Notes: a model not told the origin generated them from the letters alone. DNA of 64,000 bases from Amphiscolops sp. MND2022 (GCA_964187785.1 OZ076409.1:12836001-12900000); one strand, 5' to 3'. Shown: positions 50,913-64,000, numbered from the stretch's first letter. Made by a program: numbers and translations.

Positions 50913-52351
50913 TTTTTTGATTCATCATCGGGTTGGTTTGTTGAGTGTGTGACGGAGGTGTCCCTTTTACTTTCTTGTGTGTTGTGACGCTTAGGTCGTG
51001 GGTCGTTGGCAGTATTGGCTCCGTTCCAACAATCCTCTGTTTTGTGGGGTTTGCCGCAGGTATCGCATCTGGGTGGTTTGCCTGCACTGTGGTTGGTTGG
51101 TCCGTTGTTTCTTCGGGTTTGCATCCATTTGTCTCTTTTCATTTTACGACATTCAGCTTTATGATGTCCAAATTTGTTACAATAGAAGCAGTACCCTTTT
51201 TTAGTAGTTTGAGCGGTAGTTTCCACTGATTTAGGTTCAGTTTTTGTTTGGGCAGGTTCAATTTTGTTTAAGGGCACTAACGTTACCTCGTCTGGCGCTC
51301 CTAGTCCATTGAGACGCATTTCCCTTTCCAGGTGAAGTACTATGTCGTTATAGGGTTTGTCTTCGAGGTATGCGCGGTTTAGTATTTTCTTGACGTGGTC
51401 TGGCATTTTGGCGTATATAGCCTTGTCTATGAATTGCTGTGCCTCTGTTCCAAAAGCTTCTTTTGCAGTTCTTTTTAGTACATCCAGGAATTCGTGGAGT
51501 TTTTGTGTCGAGGGGTCAAATTTTAGTGCGTCCCATTCGCATCTAGCCTTTGCCATCGACAGGTAGTCCCCAAATCGTCGTTTGAATATCGTTATATACT
51601 CGTCTAGTGAGTCTTTCTTCGAGTCTTCAATGTTGCAAAAGGCTTGTAAGGCGTCTCCCCGGAGTAGGGAGTGGAAGTAGTTTATCTTTTGTATTTCCGT
51701 AAGCTGCGGATACATTTTGATATTATTCCAAAAGAGATCTTCAAAGAGCTCAAATTTTTCGGATTTCCCGTCAAAAGTTGGGAGTGACGCCGTTAGAGCT
51801 TTTGGCATGGGTAGCATCGTGGTGTTATTTTGGTCTGGGGCGAACAAGGTTCGCGTTATTGCTGGGCGTTCTTTTGACGAGGGTTGGCTTTGAGATCGAA
51901 TCTTCGTTCTCTTGGGTTGATTGGTGGAGTCGTTTAAAACTCCTGTCACCATGTTACGAATTACGCTATGATCTTCGTTTTGGGTAGAATTAATTCACAC
52001 TGTTTTCGTCGGAGTATAGAAGCTTCTTGTTTCATTTTCTAGTTCTTCCGATACATGGTCTTTTACATTTTCTCTCGTTTCAGATCTCAAGAGTTTCAAC
52101 ATTTCCTTTTGGGACTCGAGCAAAAGAGTCTTAATCTCAGACGTTATCTCTTCCTTCAGAGAGGACCTTATGCTTTCCAAGAAACTATTTTCTACTCTGG
52201 GGGACTTAGACCTCGAAGGACCTGCTAATTCTACGTTTTGATCTAAAGGATGAGAATTTTCTGTGTTTATTGGCGAAACAAAGCCTTCACTTACATTATC
52301 ATCAACTTCTCGCTGGATATTCTTTCTCTTTTGGCTTCGTGTTGTAGACAT
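50909..52351 (-). CDS. gag: Element C gag: LTR-encoded N-terminal part (52351-51998), in-frame TGA at 51995-51997, then an intact 347-aa ORF from ATG 51952
   Basis: TFDGKSEKFELFEDLF core; knuckles CFYCNKFGHHKAEC and CDTCGKPHKTEDC; the upstream LTR ORF is in frame across 14 sense codons. Confidence 0.9.
51940..51951 (-). promoter_or_regulatory. Primer binding site TGGTGACAGGAG of element C
   Basis: Immediately follows the 5' LTR; identical to the element A PBS. Confidence 0.85.
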
Positions 52352-54327
52352 GTTGTTGAAGAAAGATTTATTCTTGAAGAATTCAATTTTTTCTTTCTGA
52401 TTTTCAACAAAGTTAGAAGAATGAGAATAGTTTGAGAACAACAAGTTTGGCACAACTAGGTTGTAGCACTGTAAAAGACTGAGTCCCTTAGAAAAATTTG
52501 CACTTACTATATATACCCTCCTAGCATCATCTGATCACGTACATATTTCCAAATTCTTTAAAATGATTATTCATTTCCTGTTTTTTCGGTGAAAAAATCA
52601 TCAAAATCCCAAAAGTGCGTCGACATTTCGTCAGTTTTTAAGACACGGCAATTTTAATTTAGCGTTAGTCATCAAACATGATCATATCATTTCATCCCGG
52701 CGTCCTTTTGCTTCCTCCCAAGCAGGAAGTAGATATTACTTCAGTCTGTCAAACCGGAAAAGCTTCCCTGTTTTACTGCTTTGGTTCGCGGGAAATTGAC
52801 GCTAAGATGACGCTGACGTGAACAACAAATACCTGATTTTGAAATTCAACTTGATCAAATGCTATGACTAATTCCAAAGTGTGATTATTTGAACGATGCT
52901 AAGATGATATTTTATGAATTTGGACTCACTCTTTCGCTGAAATTAGAATTAAGAATCATGGTATCAAAATAATACTCCATTAGCAAATTTATCATGTCGC
53001 GACAAGTGCGACAAGTTTTACAAAATTAACAGCAACGTTTGTTAAGTAGCAACGATAAAGCAATGCATTTAATGGATAGCAACGAGGAATTAGTATGGAA
53101 AATATGATTACGATCATAAGTATAGCGTTCAATATCATATGGTACAAAATGCGAAGTATATGAAAATACATTTTCAATACAAAATATACTTTAGTTGAAA
53201 GTATAAACTGTGACTTTCTGATCATTTTACTATGAACTCCCATAGAGGAAAAAATGGGTTAAGTAAGGGAAATCCCTTGTTGTTGAGAAGTGCAAGACGA
53301 TTAGTTAACGTAGATTTAAATCAACTTATATGTGTCAAAATCTACCTTAAGTTATTACCTTAAGTTATAGGAATACCTCCTCTATGCTTATCTTGCGAAT
53401 TGAGATAGCTTGCATTCATTCCCTTTTAACATAATAACGACTTTATTGCGATGAAACCTTGACTGATCTTGCAAATTCATCCATTTTGTTCAATTTCATA
53501 AACTTGGCAGCGTCATGTTGACGAGTTTTCTTGACAGAACTTTGAGCTTTATAAACTTGTCAACGTCATGTTGACGAGTTTTCTTGGCTGAATAGAGATT
53601 TGACTAGTTTGACGCAATGCTGACGAGTATTTTAGAAATGAGTCTCTCGCTAGCTGTCGGAGCAGTGACGTCACAGTGGCGGTAAATTGGAATGATTTTT
53701 GGTAATGCTATTAGTATAGGCGGATATTTGGAATGATTTTCTGGTACGCTTATGCGATGCAGTGACGTCAATTGGTATACCTTCAAACTTGTCTGCGTCT
53801 TACTGACGACAAATATACATGTATTCTTATTTTCTCCGCTGCTTTGTTTACTCAGCGTAATATTGACGTCATAAGCCACACTAATTGCTGTTCGAAGCGC
53901 AATTAAGCTGTCTTTCTAAGGAAAGGCTTAAATCATTCGGTGTGTCATCTCGGTGTATTTTCTATTTTAGATCTGATTGATGTTCTTTTGGGGAATGATT
54001 TTGACTACGTTGTTGTTTAGATTAGGCTATGATTTCTTTGTTTTAGAACGTAATTTAATTTAGTTTTCAGGTGGCGAATGTTGCTATTTTGACGGGACAA
54101 AAACGTTTCAACCGGAAATGTAAGAATCATTTCAACGCGCTCATTCATTGTAATTAGTTTCATTTGAAATTTCCGTTGATCAGACGTATTTTTGTTTTCC
54201 TAGTCACAGTTTATTTGTTAGTTTTAATAGTTAAAGTAAGTTTTTTCGAACCTCGCGGTGCAGCCGTGGCCTCTCCCGAAGCCAATTCTTAAACATCCAC
54301 AGCCCAGTCCGGGAGCGGACTGTGACA
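51952..54327 (-). repeat. 5' LTR of element C (2376 bp), with TATA-like box (52508-52515) and AATAAA (52367-52372)
   Basis: Direct repeat of 38242-40629. Confidence 0.97.
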
Positions 54328-55407
54328 AAAACATTTTGGAATCAAAGAGAGTTTGAACAATATCTCCTAACGGTATCGGCAAAAGTTGCATGTCAAGATG
54401 CTCGAAGATGTTTATGACGCATCCATTTTTTTCTTTCTGACTCAAAACTAAGTTCCAATATTGTTTCATGGCAGTTCCATAGTTATTCTGGAAAATGCTT
54501 AGAAGTTTGATTTTCTGGGTCTCTGACAGAATGGTGTAGCTCTGCCCAAAATGTTCTTCAAGATTGTAACAACTTCTCGGATCCCAAATCGACCAACTTG
54601 TTCAAATCTTTTGTCCTCTTTGGGACTCGGCACCACTTCAAGTTGTAGTTAATGAAACTTTCATCGAGATTTACGTTCAAGCGCGTGACTTCAGTTGTCT
54701 CCACGATTTCACATGAAAAATTGGAACCTGGAGCAATGAGTTGTATGTCAGGGTCCGCGGACCTAATACAACAGCTGCTCAGTATTCAAAGGCGAATTCA
54801 AGTTTCAAGCCGTCTCTGGTTCGTACTGCTTGGACAAAACTCAGGAACAAGTCAGTTTCTTATAAAAAGACTTTGTGCAAGAATTTCAGTCGAATAACTC
54901 CCTCTTATTACTCTCAGCTGTTATTATTTTCATATTCTGTGTTCTCGATTCCTAGCGAACAATGCACTTTAGTGATATCAATTCTCTGCTCAAGTTGATG
55001 TCAGGTTCCTGTTCTCGAAATTTCTGAAGTAAAAAACTAAAATATTTAGTCATCGACCATTTTCTCGCTCAAGCATCAACTTTTGCTCAGGTCGTGATAA
55101 GTATGAAACATGAATTTTTCAGTCAACTATTCTTTGCCCGAACATGACTCAACATTTTGTTTGACGACCGCACAATTAGAGAAATTGAACTATTCTTGCA
55201 GCAGATAAGGTAAGCTAATTTACAGATATGTTGATTTTTTTTTTGATGTGATCAACAGTCAAGAAAGACCTCTAATCACTAATCTTGACACTAACAACGA
55301 TAAATTGCAAATTACTAAGAAACAACGCATGGTATCGACACTCCACAAAGGTCGGTATGTGGCGCTAGATGTTTGGTCACATACAGCAAGTCCACGATGG
55401 TCCATCA

Positions 55408-55658
55408 ACTCTGTCAAAAAAGCACGACCACTTCATCATTTGAAAACACAAACAAAGATGACAAATGACCATAATTCAATTTCCGGGAATTTCTCTTCTA
55501 TGAAAGTGAATATCACAATTCTGTTCCCTGCAAAAGTTGAGTATATCGATAGCAACAGAAAGGACTTTAAAGATTTCTGAAGCCCCCTCCTGCTTTAGGG
55601 AGGGAAATTTCCGAAGTCATCATTAAGAGCGAAAGTCAGTTTTCGACGCCAAAATTGC
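55408..55658 (+). repeat. ~250-bp dispersed repeat, second copy at 59129-59379
   Basis: ACTCTGTCAAAAAAGCACGAC...CGCCAAAATTGC is nearly identical at both sites. Confidence 0.92.
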
Positions 55659-55702
55659 CTGCCATGTTTTCTTTCGGGAAAAATTTTCCGAGTTTTTCAG
55701 TT

Positions 55703-55955
55703 TCACAGAAAATTTCTGTACTGTTCGCTGGGAGCTGCACCCAATCCTCTTTTTGGTAAGTTGAAATCGCCCATAATTAATATTTTACCAATGGAATCGT
55801 TTCTGAGTGCCTTGTATGCTGAGTATAGGCAGTTTGAGATAACATCATCAGGAACAGGATACTCACTGGGGTTTGGAGGGTTGCATAAAACAATATTCCA
55901 TAGGAGTAGTAAGAGGCTGAGCAGATCAGGTGGGGGGTGGAGAACCCACATGTTT
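55703..55955 (-). pseudogene. LINE APE endonuclease fragment
   Basis: CNPPN...LIMGDFNLP motifs. Confidence 0.7.
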
Positions 55956-56305
55956 TAACATAGGCTATAGCCGTTCGGCTCGAGCCGAGAGCATAGAAGC
56001 GTCCTCCACCCCTGGATTCGCTTAGGCTCGATTCTGACGACTCGGGTGTGGGTGTATACCCTTAACTGACGACTCGTGTCGTGCTGCCGACACGAGTCAT
56101 GCTCAATTCTGATTGGCTGACGACTTGATTCCAAGGTATGTAGCTGACTAATGTAAAAAGATGTGTTATGTATTAGGGTAGGGAAAAGCTTCGCTAATGT
56201 TTTGAGGTAAGGAATAGGGTTTTTCGGCACTGTGCGACATTTTCGGCACTTTGAGACTTTGGGTAAAATTGATTTTTTGGTGGCCACAACCGCCGCCGAG
56301 CATTA

Positions 56306-56416
56306 TTTTATCCGCCCGCGCAATATTTCATCCGCCTGCGCAATATTTTATCCGCCTACGGAATATTTTATCCGACACCGCAAAAATTTATCCTCCACGG
56401 GAATAATTTATCCGCA
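56306..56416. repeat. Imperfect 20-bp minisatellite (TTTATCCGCC.GCG.AATA), ~5.5 units
   Basis: Periodic TT(T/C)ATCC read directly. Confidence 0.85.
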
Positions 56417-58648
56417 TTTCCGACTGGCTTTTCGTGCTCGATTCTGATTGGCAGACGACTCGTCTCAATGTATGAAGGTATGGAAACGAGTGTCTGCTGA
56501 TATCAAGATATGCTATAGCTCCGTCAAAGTATAAAGATAGCGAAAAGTGTCAAGAAATAAAAACAGCTAATAAGGTCAGCAATGTAATAAGATTGGGAAT
56601 AGGGGTTTCCGGCATAGTGGGACATTTTTTGACACTGTGAGATTTCGGGTAAAATGCAATTTTGTGAGCGCCAGGGGAATGTTTCCACCCACATTTGCAA
56701 ATATTGATCATAGTATGGGAGGTTTTTTCCGCCAGTGGGAAATTTTATCAACAGAATACGTTGAGCTAGATACTTAACTGCTCTGTGGTGATAAAAAGAT
56801 CTATGATTGGAAAAAATTCCTATTATACTGTATAAATGAATAAATTCCACTGCTATAAAATGCAAAGAAATGATGAAAGTTGATCAGACGAGAGTGACGT
56901 TCATTTTTTCGAACAATACGTTTTGGGTAAATGTATTAAAAGGACTCTTGTCTGTTCGTACACACCCATATTGCCAGGAATAGAATAAAGCACTGACGTC
57001 ACGTCACTTTCTCTTGCAAAATTCATCAATATTTGGAAATTGGGCAACCACCGTTGCTTTCAATTAATCTCTTGTTCAATTAGTTGCAGCAAAAATTGAA
57101 ATGAGTGAATGAGAATCATAAAAACACGTCTTGCAGCACCCACACAACAATTCCGTGCAGCGAAACTCTGCCTTGCAGAGACTAGGTTCGAGCTTGTTAT
57201 GCTTCTCTTATTTCGCTCAGCAAGTACGGAGAGAAATAGACAGTAGGCTTTTGTCATAACCTCGTCCTTACAATGGAAATATTCACAGGGTTAACCACGG
57301 TTCTTTCATTTGGGATAATGTACAATCACACAAGTCTCTCTCGGTTTAGCCAATATATAATGAGTTGGTGTCCGTTTCAAGCATTTCTTTAACATACACA
57401 CACCACAATAGTTGGCAAGAAATGTAGTAATAATTCTCAATTCAGCATACTGCAGGTGTTCGCAGTGTTAACTCTTGTACAGTCGCACACTGGAAAGCAT
57501 TCAGTCACTTGCCTGCTCCCATCCATAAATTATTATTGTACGATCTGTTGGCCAGCAAGATTGTTGTCTTAGCTACAACACTCTAGTCTGTAGTCGTATC
57601 GATTTTTCTTTTCTCGTCAGTCACCGACTCCAAAACGCCGTACAAAGATATCAATTATAAATTATTGAACAAGTCGTTCTTTAACAGTAACATACAAAAC
57701 CCAAGCTCCAACAAAAGTATTTAGGATGCGTCAACTGAGGTTTAAAGAGTGACTGACAACAACCAGAATCCTGATTCCAGTCTAACAAACTAGTACAGTG
57801 TATGCTTTGCGATGACAAATACGAAAGTGCAGTTCAAGTAACAAGGTTCGTAAGAGATGGGGTGGTGATGAATATTCAGTGTATCTTCTTTGTCTCCTGG
57901 GGTGAAAACCTCATGATTGTGAGCAATTAGTCTGGTAGCTTCACGGGCAATAAGTGCCAAGCGGTACAACTTGCAATTTTTGTATAGTGTGGAAAAATGT
58001 GGTAGACGTAATTTGGTCTTGACACGTTCAAGTCTCCCTCCTGGAACGATTGTAAGGCATAGTGTGAAAACATGTTGTTTGAACACAATAGTTGAATCTG
58101 GATTTCCAATTTCCCTCAGCTGATGCTGCAATCGGGTGATGTTTTCGTTTGTAGAACGAATAAGGACGCTTTTAACCATAACCATTGAAATAAAGTGTAC
58201 ACAGTTGAGTTTATGGATTTAAAGCCCTATTCTTGTTGACTCAAAACAAAATTATTGCATTTGTTGAAAGCATAAGATGCACAACGTATTAATTCTTAAA
58301 TATCAAAAAATGAAAAATGACAGATATCGCAACAAATCTGTATCGCTACGGAAGCAACTCGATTGTTAAGCTGTTAACAGAATAATGAAAAAAATGCCGG
58401 AACGTTCAGTCATCATTGTCAATCTACCTTTTTTGGAAGGTACGAGTCACTTTACCATACAAGGGAGCGTAAACCTACCATAAAAGGAAAAAGTAGTTAC
58501 GTACTAGAGTCAGTGTTGCCTCTAAAGTATATAACAATCAATTTATTTCTCTGTGAATGTTGATAATTTAAGGTTGTGACGTTGAGAAATTGGGGCATTT
58601 AGAGCAAAATAATGTCCCAACGGAGCATCTCTTTTTGTGTACTGACAG

Positions 58649-59871
58649 GATTTGCTTAGATACTTTGGTACCACAATCGGCGCAGGCAACTTATAGATTT
58701 CGATCAAGAGCAGGCATTATAAGCAGCAAGTGTAACAAGCCTCTATCTGAAAGCAAGCAACTAGATTGCAGAAAAGTGAAATGAATAATAAAATGAAAGT
58801 GGTTGAAAATTCTGTTCATGTAATTGTTCAACCATATACGGAAGATATGAGTCATTGAACCATGAAAGAAATAGTTAGCCTAACATAAAAGGCGAAAGTA
58901 ATTACGCACTAGCGTCAGTGTTTCCTCTCAAGTACCTGTCAATCACTTTTAATCTTCCTGAAAGTTAATTGCTCAAGTGGAACAAGTTTCCCTCAGGGGA
59001 CGCCACATTGTCTGAGAAAATCACTCAAGTGGAACAAATTACCTCAAAAAGACGCCAATACGTCTAGGAAAACCACTCAAGTGCAGTAGTTATCCGACCA
59101 TAAAAGATTAGTAGCGTGGGTAGCTGACACTCTGTCAAAAAAGCACGACTACTTCACCATTTGAAAACACAAACAAAGATGACAAATGTCCATAATTCAT
59201 TTTCCGGGAATTTCTCTTCTATGAAAGTGAATATCACAATTCTGTTCCCTGCAAAAGTTGAATATATCGATAGCAACAGAAAGGACTTTAAAAATTTCTG
59301 AAGCCCCCTCCTGCTTTAGGGAGGGAAAATTCCGAAGTCATCATTAAGAGCGAAAGTCAGTTTTCGACGCCAAAATTGCTTAGATACTTAGATTTGCTTA
59401 GATACTTTGGTACCACAATTGGCGCAGACAATTTTTAGATTTCGATCAAGAGCAGGCCTTATAAGCAGCAAGTGTAACCAGACTCTATCTGGAAGCAAGC
59501 AACTAGATTGCAGAAAACTGAAATGAATAATGAAATGAAAGTTGTTGAAAACTCTGTTGATGTAATTGTTCAACCATATACGAAAGACATGAGTCATTGA
59601 ACCATGAAAGAAATAGTTAGCCTAACATAAAAGGAGAAAGTAATTACGCACTAGCGTCAGTGTTCCCTCTCAAGTACCTGGCAATCACTTTTATTCTCCC
59701 TGAAAGTTAATTGCTCAAGTGGAACAAGTTTCCCTCAGAGGACGCCACATTGTCTGAGAAAATCACTCAAGTGGAACAAATTCCCTCAAAAAGACGCCAA
59801 TACGTCTGGGAAAACCACTCAAGTGGAGTAGTTATCCGACCATAAAAGATTTGTAGCGTGGATTGCTGACA
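58649..59871 (+). repeat. A-B-A' duplication: 58649-59129 repeated at 59390-59871 around the 250-bp repeat
   Basis: GATTTGCTTAGATACTTTGGTACCACAAT...GCTGACA occurs twice; related CTCAAGTGGAACAA motifs recur at 61380-61560. Confidence 0.9.
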
Positions 59872-59876
59872 GCTTG

Positions 59877-60800
59877 TTACCCTTTCATCTTGCATTCCTT
59901 TAAATACTTTCCATAAATGGAAGTTGCATGTAGTTCAAGTTTTAGTGGTTGACAAAAGTAACACTCACAAGTCGAGCAACGAAATGTGTTGAAGAGCGCT
60001 TGAATGTTTGCTACATAGTAAATGTGACTGTTGTAGCGTAGCAACCTAACAGTACTGGAATGCTTCAGCAGACTCCATCTGCCAAGCTCACCCACAAAAT
60101 ATCCGTCCACAATGTCAACATCGTATAAAATATGGTTTATCCCTAGAGTTTCTTCCGCTGTCTGTTTATTGTTCAAGCAAACACCTTGAAATGTTGAGGA
60201 CTCAACTTTTCCTTTCTCTTTCATGTAGAGATGGAAGAAGTAACGAGTTCTCTCTTCTGACGCCAAGGATTTGAAGTAAAATTAAATTGTCACAAGTGTT
60301 TTGACCACAAGTGAGACAATTAATAAATCGTTCCTTCAAAAGATGGTCCGGTAAAAGTGCATTTCTACAACCCATTGGAATATTCTTTAGTAAAATTGCA
60401 CAAACTAACATTTGTCAACTTCCAAAACTGCCATTTTGTGTTGCCCATTCCACGGGGACAAGCTGTTATGTCATTTATTGAAGCAATCATTGCTTTAAAT
60501 TGTTTCAAGTTGTCCCCTGTAACCAACAGTTTGTTTTTCTCCAACAATGATATTTTTCCTGGAGGATAAACAAATCAACAGCGTGAGTCCTCAGAATTCT
60601 CTATTACAAATCCGAAAGCTTTATAGCTTACATTGACTTTAGTTGCGTATTTCAAGTGTCCAAGTAAGCCATCCAGCTTGGAATTGAGTTTAAAATACTG
60701 AAAGGTTCTTATGCGAAGTTGAATGTAACGTGATCTCCTTGCTCCAATTTTCAATCAACCAGAAGTTGCTGATACCCACATGGAACATTTTTGGTGTCCG
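59877..60800 (-). pseudogene. Degenerate N-terminal region of a Polinton/Maverick-like protein-primed DNA polymerase B ORF
   Basis: PMGC..ALLP..LLK..INCL, FQGV......E..LGIN..LY and VRLLRYNSHIYYV.....F..FRCSTC resemble the region preceding metazoan Polinton pPolB; catalytic motifs absent. Confidence 0.6.
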
Positions 60801-61670
60801 CACCGATGGTATTGTTGCAAAATGCACCTGGACGCGGACTGTTCAACCGAGTTCCTAACTTTTTTGTTGAATGCTTCCTGTTTTCAGGTTGTGCTGGTGG
60901 AAAAAACCCAAGAATTTCTGTGTGACACACTTTACATGTTTTACTTCCAGCTCAACATTTTGCTGCTTCACAATACTGTAAATCAAATCAGCTTGGGTTA
61001 TTGTTCAGAAGGTAATGCAATTGTGACAGTAAATATTTCGAACAGAACACCTTTGTTGTACAGAACGCTTTCTTTCTGTTTTTGTTGCAGTTTTTGCAAG
61101 TAAAGCTCCATCATTTCACCAAGAACACGGATTGTAACAATGTAACGCAACAAATCTGTATCTTTACGGAAGCAACTTGTCAGTGGAACGGTCAACAAAA
61201 AAATGAAAAAAATGGCGGAAAATTCAGTCAAAACCTTCAATCTGCCTTTTATGGAAAGTATGAGTCACTGAACCATAAAAGGAAGTATCAACCTATTTTA
61301 CCAGGACAAATTAAATACGCAAAAGCATCTGCGTTCCCTCTAAAGTACCTGTCAATCATTTTTCTTCTCTGTGAAAGTTGATTGCTCAAGTAGAACTCGT
61401 TCCTCTCAAGTAACGACGAGTAAGTCCAGGAAGACCACTCAAGATGAACAAATCCCTCAATAGGACGTTGTGGGGTCTGAAAAAATAACTCAAGCGTAAC
61501 AAAACCCCTAAGGAAGACGACACATTGTCTGGGAAAGCTACTCTTGGTGAATAATCCCCATTAAAAAGACGCCGCATTGACTGCGAAAATCACTATCCAG
61601 TAAATTATCAATTTTTAACGCTAGATAGCGTGCGTAACAAAACCTACACGCCACTAGATTAATTGAAAAA

Positions 61671-63550
61671 TCAGGAGCGTTGTATCAGAAACAATTGTTT
61701 TGTTGGTTTTCTATCACTCATCTTTTCACTACTAAAAAGCATTGAAGCAAAATTGTCTGTTATGAAGGGTATGTCGAAAACAAAAGAGTTTTGAACATTT
61801 TTCCCTATTATATAATTAATGGGAGTTTCAGAGGTTTTGCCTACTCTTGTTGGAAGCGTTGGGCAACAGACATTCAGTGCAAAATGATTTTTGACCGAGT
61901 GAAGGTGATTTGGTCCAAGTTTATTTAGGTAATCTATGTTATAATCCCCCATCAAAACAATGTTAGTTGTCTTAAGCATAGGTACTTCAATACTTTTGGA
62001 CAAATTATCAAGCAAAAGGCCGGAAAGAGATTTTTGAGGGTTTTACGAAACATTCAATAAAACTTTGTTCACATGAGGCGTGATTTGAGGGTAGTTTAAG
62101 TTCATCCCATTTTGACCGAGAAAGTTCCATATCGCACAAGTTTAATATCGGTAATTCTTTTGATTCTAATTTATAAGGGATATATAAGACAATAACAACG
62201 CGTGTGGTTTTATCTACACACTTTCTATCGTATCTAAAGCATTTATGAGTTTCAGGAGAAATATCTTAAGTTTTAAATTCAACTTTTTCGGTCAACCATA
62301 TTTCAGTTATAGCTAGAACTGTGTTTAGGACAAGATCATTGCTTAAATTTTTTGAGCCATTTTGTTTTTTTTCGAATATCTTGAAAGTTCAGATGTACAT
62401 ATTTCAGATAGTTTTTCTTACTCTGAATGATTCACAGAATTGGCGTGAAAGCCATGACAGGGCCCGGATTACGCTCGATATCACCAGACAACAAGAGTAG
62501 AAGAAGCACAAGCTCTAAGATCTCTGGATTTTCATTAAAGCACACAATTTTCTGCCTTTTATGAATAGAAGACGACCTCAACAAAGAGTAGGTTTCAGCA
62601 ATATTCAAGGAATTTATGCTAACAGTGTTTGCTCTAAGTAGAGCAAGGTGAAAAAGCAGCATGATACAGCGAAACCTAAACTGCATGCATAAAAATTCAT
62701 CAGACAAGCTTAACACTGAACAAATGGATAATTATCAGTTGAAGTTTCTCTGATAAGTGTATGATCTCAGATAATTCCAATAACTATTTCCTTTTTGCAT
62801 CAGATGTTCACGAGGTACATTGTTTGTGTATTTCAAAATGCGTGAGAGTAAGGTAAACTTCATCAAAGGCAACCCATATTTATAATTGAACAGTATATTG
62901 TCGAAAAAAGGATTGTTTGAATTACAAACAGCACATAATCGTTCGTGCAAATGTAAATTGAATATTCCAATTGCTGGATTATCATGATATTTGTAATTCA
63001 ATATGATTTTGAAATTTAGAATTCGTTCCCTGACAGTAACTTCATTTTTTACTGATGGAATTTCGCAAATGAAAATTTTATTCGGCCTAAATTTCCAAGA
63101 TAGTTTCTAAACTAACAGTTTCTGTTTTTCGAAATGATTTTTCACGTTGATACTTCTCTGCTTTATGGCTATTTGTTCCATCGTGGAGAGTTATCGTCCG
63201 TAGTTGTTTGTTTTCGTTGGAGTCCAGTATCTCTGCCTTTTCATCAGTCATTGACCCAGGATAAGCATTGATAGCCTCGTCACGAGGAAAGACGTTTTTG
63301 TTCATTCTACTGATGATGCTCGATCCAATAAAAAGGTTTCTGGATTCGGCAAGTGATCTCGAAATGGACAATATTGTTTTGGTTGGGTTTGATTGTCTTT
63401 CATTTCTGTCACTTTGTTGGTATTTTTCACTTGGTTGATTTTTTGGTTGCGTAATAAGTCATTCAATTTTTTCTCATGGGTATTCAGCCTCATGGGTAGA
63501 TGTTGCGAATTGTTTATTTTGCTTTTTTGCCAAGGGCCATTTTTTTATAT
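61671..63550 (-). mobile_element. 5' part of a degenerate CR1/L2-clade LINE: ORF1 SGNH-esterase-like domain, 2A-like peptide, APE endonuclease
   Basis: LFIGSSII...YPGS...LHDGTN (esterase), LLLLLLSGDIERNPGP (62459-62506) and MGDYNIDYL...PTRV (EN) in the expected order. Confidence 0.8.
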
Positions 63551-63599
63551 ACACTTTTAACTTGAATTTCGAAAGTTAGTTTGTTGTCGATGACAATGT

Positions 63600-64000
63600 C
63601 TTATTACTTTACTTCATTCTTAAGTTTTGTATAGGAACCGGTGACTCTAAGTTGATTTTTGGATACGGTCGTTTTTCGCGTTGTGAAACGTATGAATTCT
63701 GTTTTAGATGTTAACTAAAACATTCAGAGTTAACTGATTCGACCGAAAGTAGTCTTCTAGGTTTTCAAGATAGATTTGTAAATTCTCAAATGCAATATCA
63801 GGTTTTGGATTCGCTTAGTATATCAAACAGTCAGCGGCGTATGGATAATTCTGCATTCTTCCGAGATATATTTTGTAATATCGTTAATGTAGATGATAAA
63901 AAGTAATTGACCAGTACTGTTCCTTGCAGTACACCTGGAAAGGTTACGATGATGTCAGATACAGTATTATTGACAACAACTTGTTGGCTTCTGTGTGATA
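63600..64000 (-). pseudogene. LINE reverse transcriptase fragment
   Basis: Minus strand gives PGVLQGTVL then FIIYINDI...IHY, matching GVPQG.VLGP.LF..YIND...YADD. Confidence 0.75.

Larger units (their letters stand above)
38242..54327 (-). mobile_element. Element C: 16.1-kb Ty3/Gypsy-like LTR retrotransposon with ~2.38-kb LTRs and a cargo region
   Basis: Direct repeats with TGT...ACA ends; TSD AAAAC at 38237-38241 and 54328-54332; PBS; gag; pol. Confidence 0.97.

Noticed and set aside
54328..58300. Host protein-coding exons among the short ORFs
   Set aside because: No recognisable domains or consistent splice pattern apart from the LINE EN fragment.

Overview
Transposon-dense eukaryotic DNA, probably from an invertebrate animal (inference); no host gene, RNA gene or CRISPR array is supported. 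Three large Ty3/Gypsy-like LTR retroelements dominate the window. (A) 9020-17131, minus strand: 2.18-kb LTRs, TSD GCTTG, internally deleted and non-autonomous. (B) 17993-36348, plus strand: an ~18-kb retrovirus-like element with a very long Gag-Pol, a class III (chuvirus-G/herpes-gB-like) env and extra ORFs on both sides of env. (C) 38242-54327, minus strand: 2.38-kb LTRs, TSD AAAAC. The most striking signal is inside C. Between pol and the 3' LTR lies an antisense 7-exon gene of ~1,080 codons whose six GT-AG introns are all phase-compatible. Its product resembles a catalytically dead hAT transposase with a zinc finger. It is arranged divergently from an acidic ORF with a SIM-like motif, and the spacer between them shares a palindromic motif with the LTR. 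In A and C the Gag frame starts deep inside the LTR (predicted U5) and runs through the PBS. The background is older relics: Helentron, CR1/L2 LINEs (one with a 2A peptide), a CRE-like LINE, BEL/Pao, a hAT MITE and a Polinton-like polB fragment. Family assignments come from remembered motifs, not database searches.
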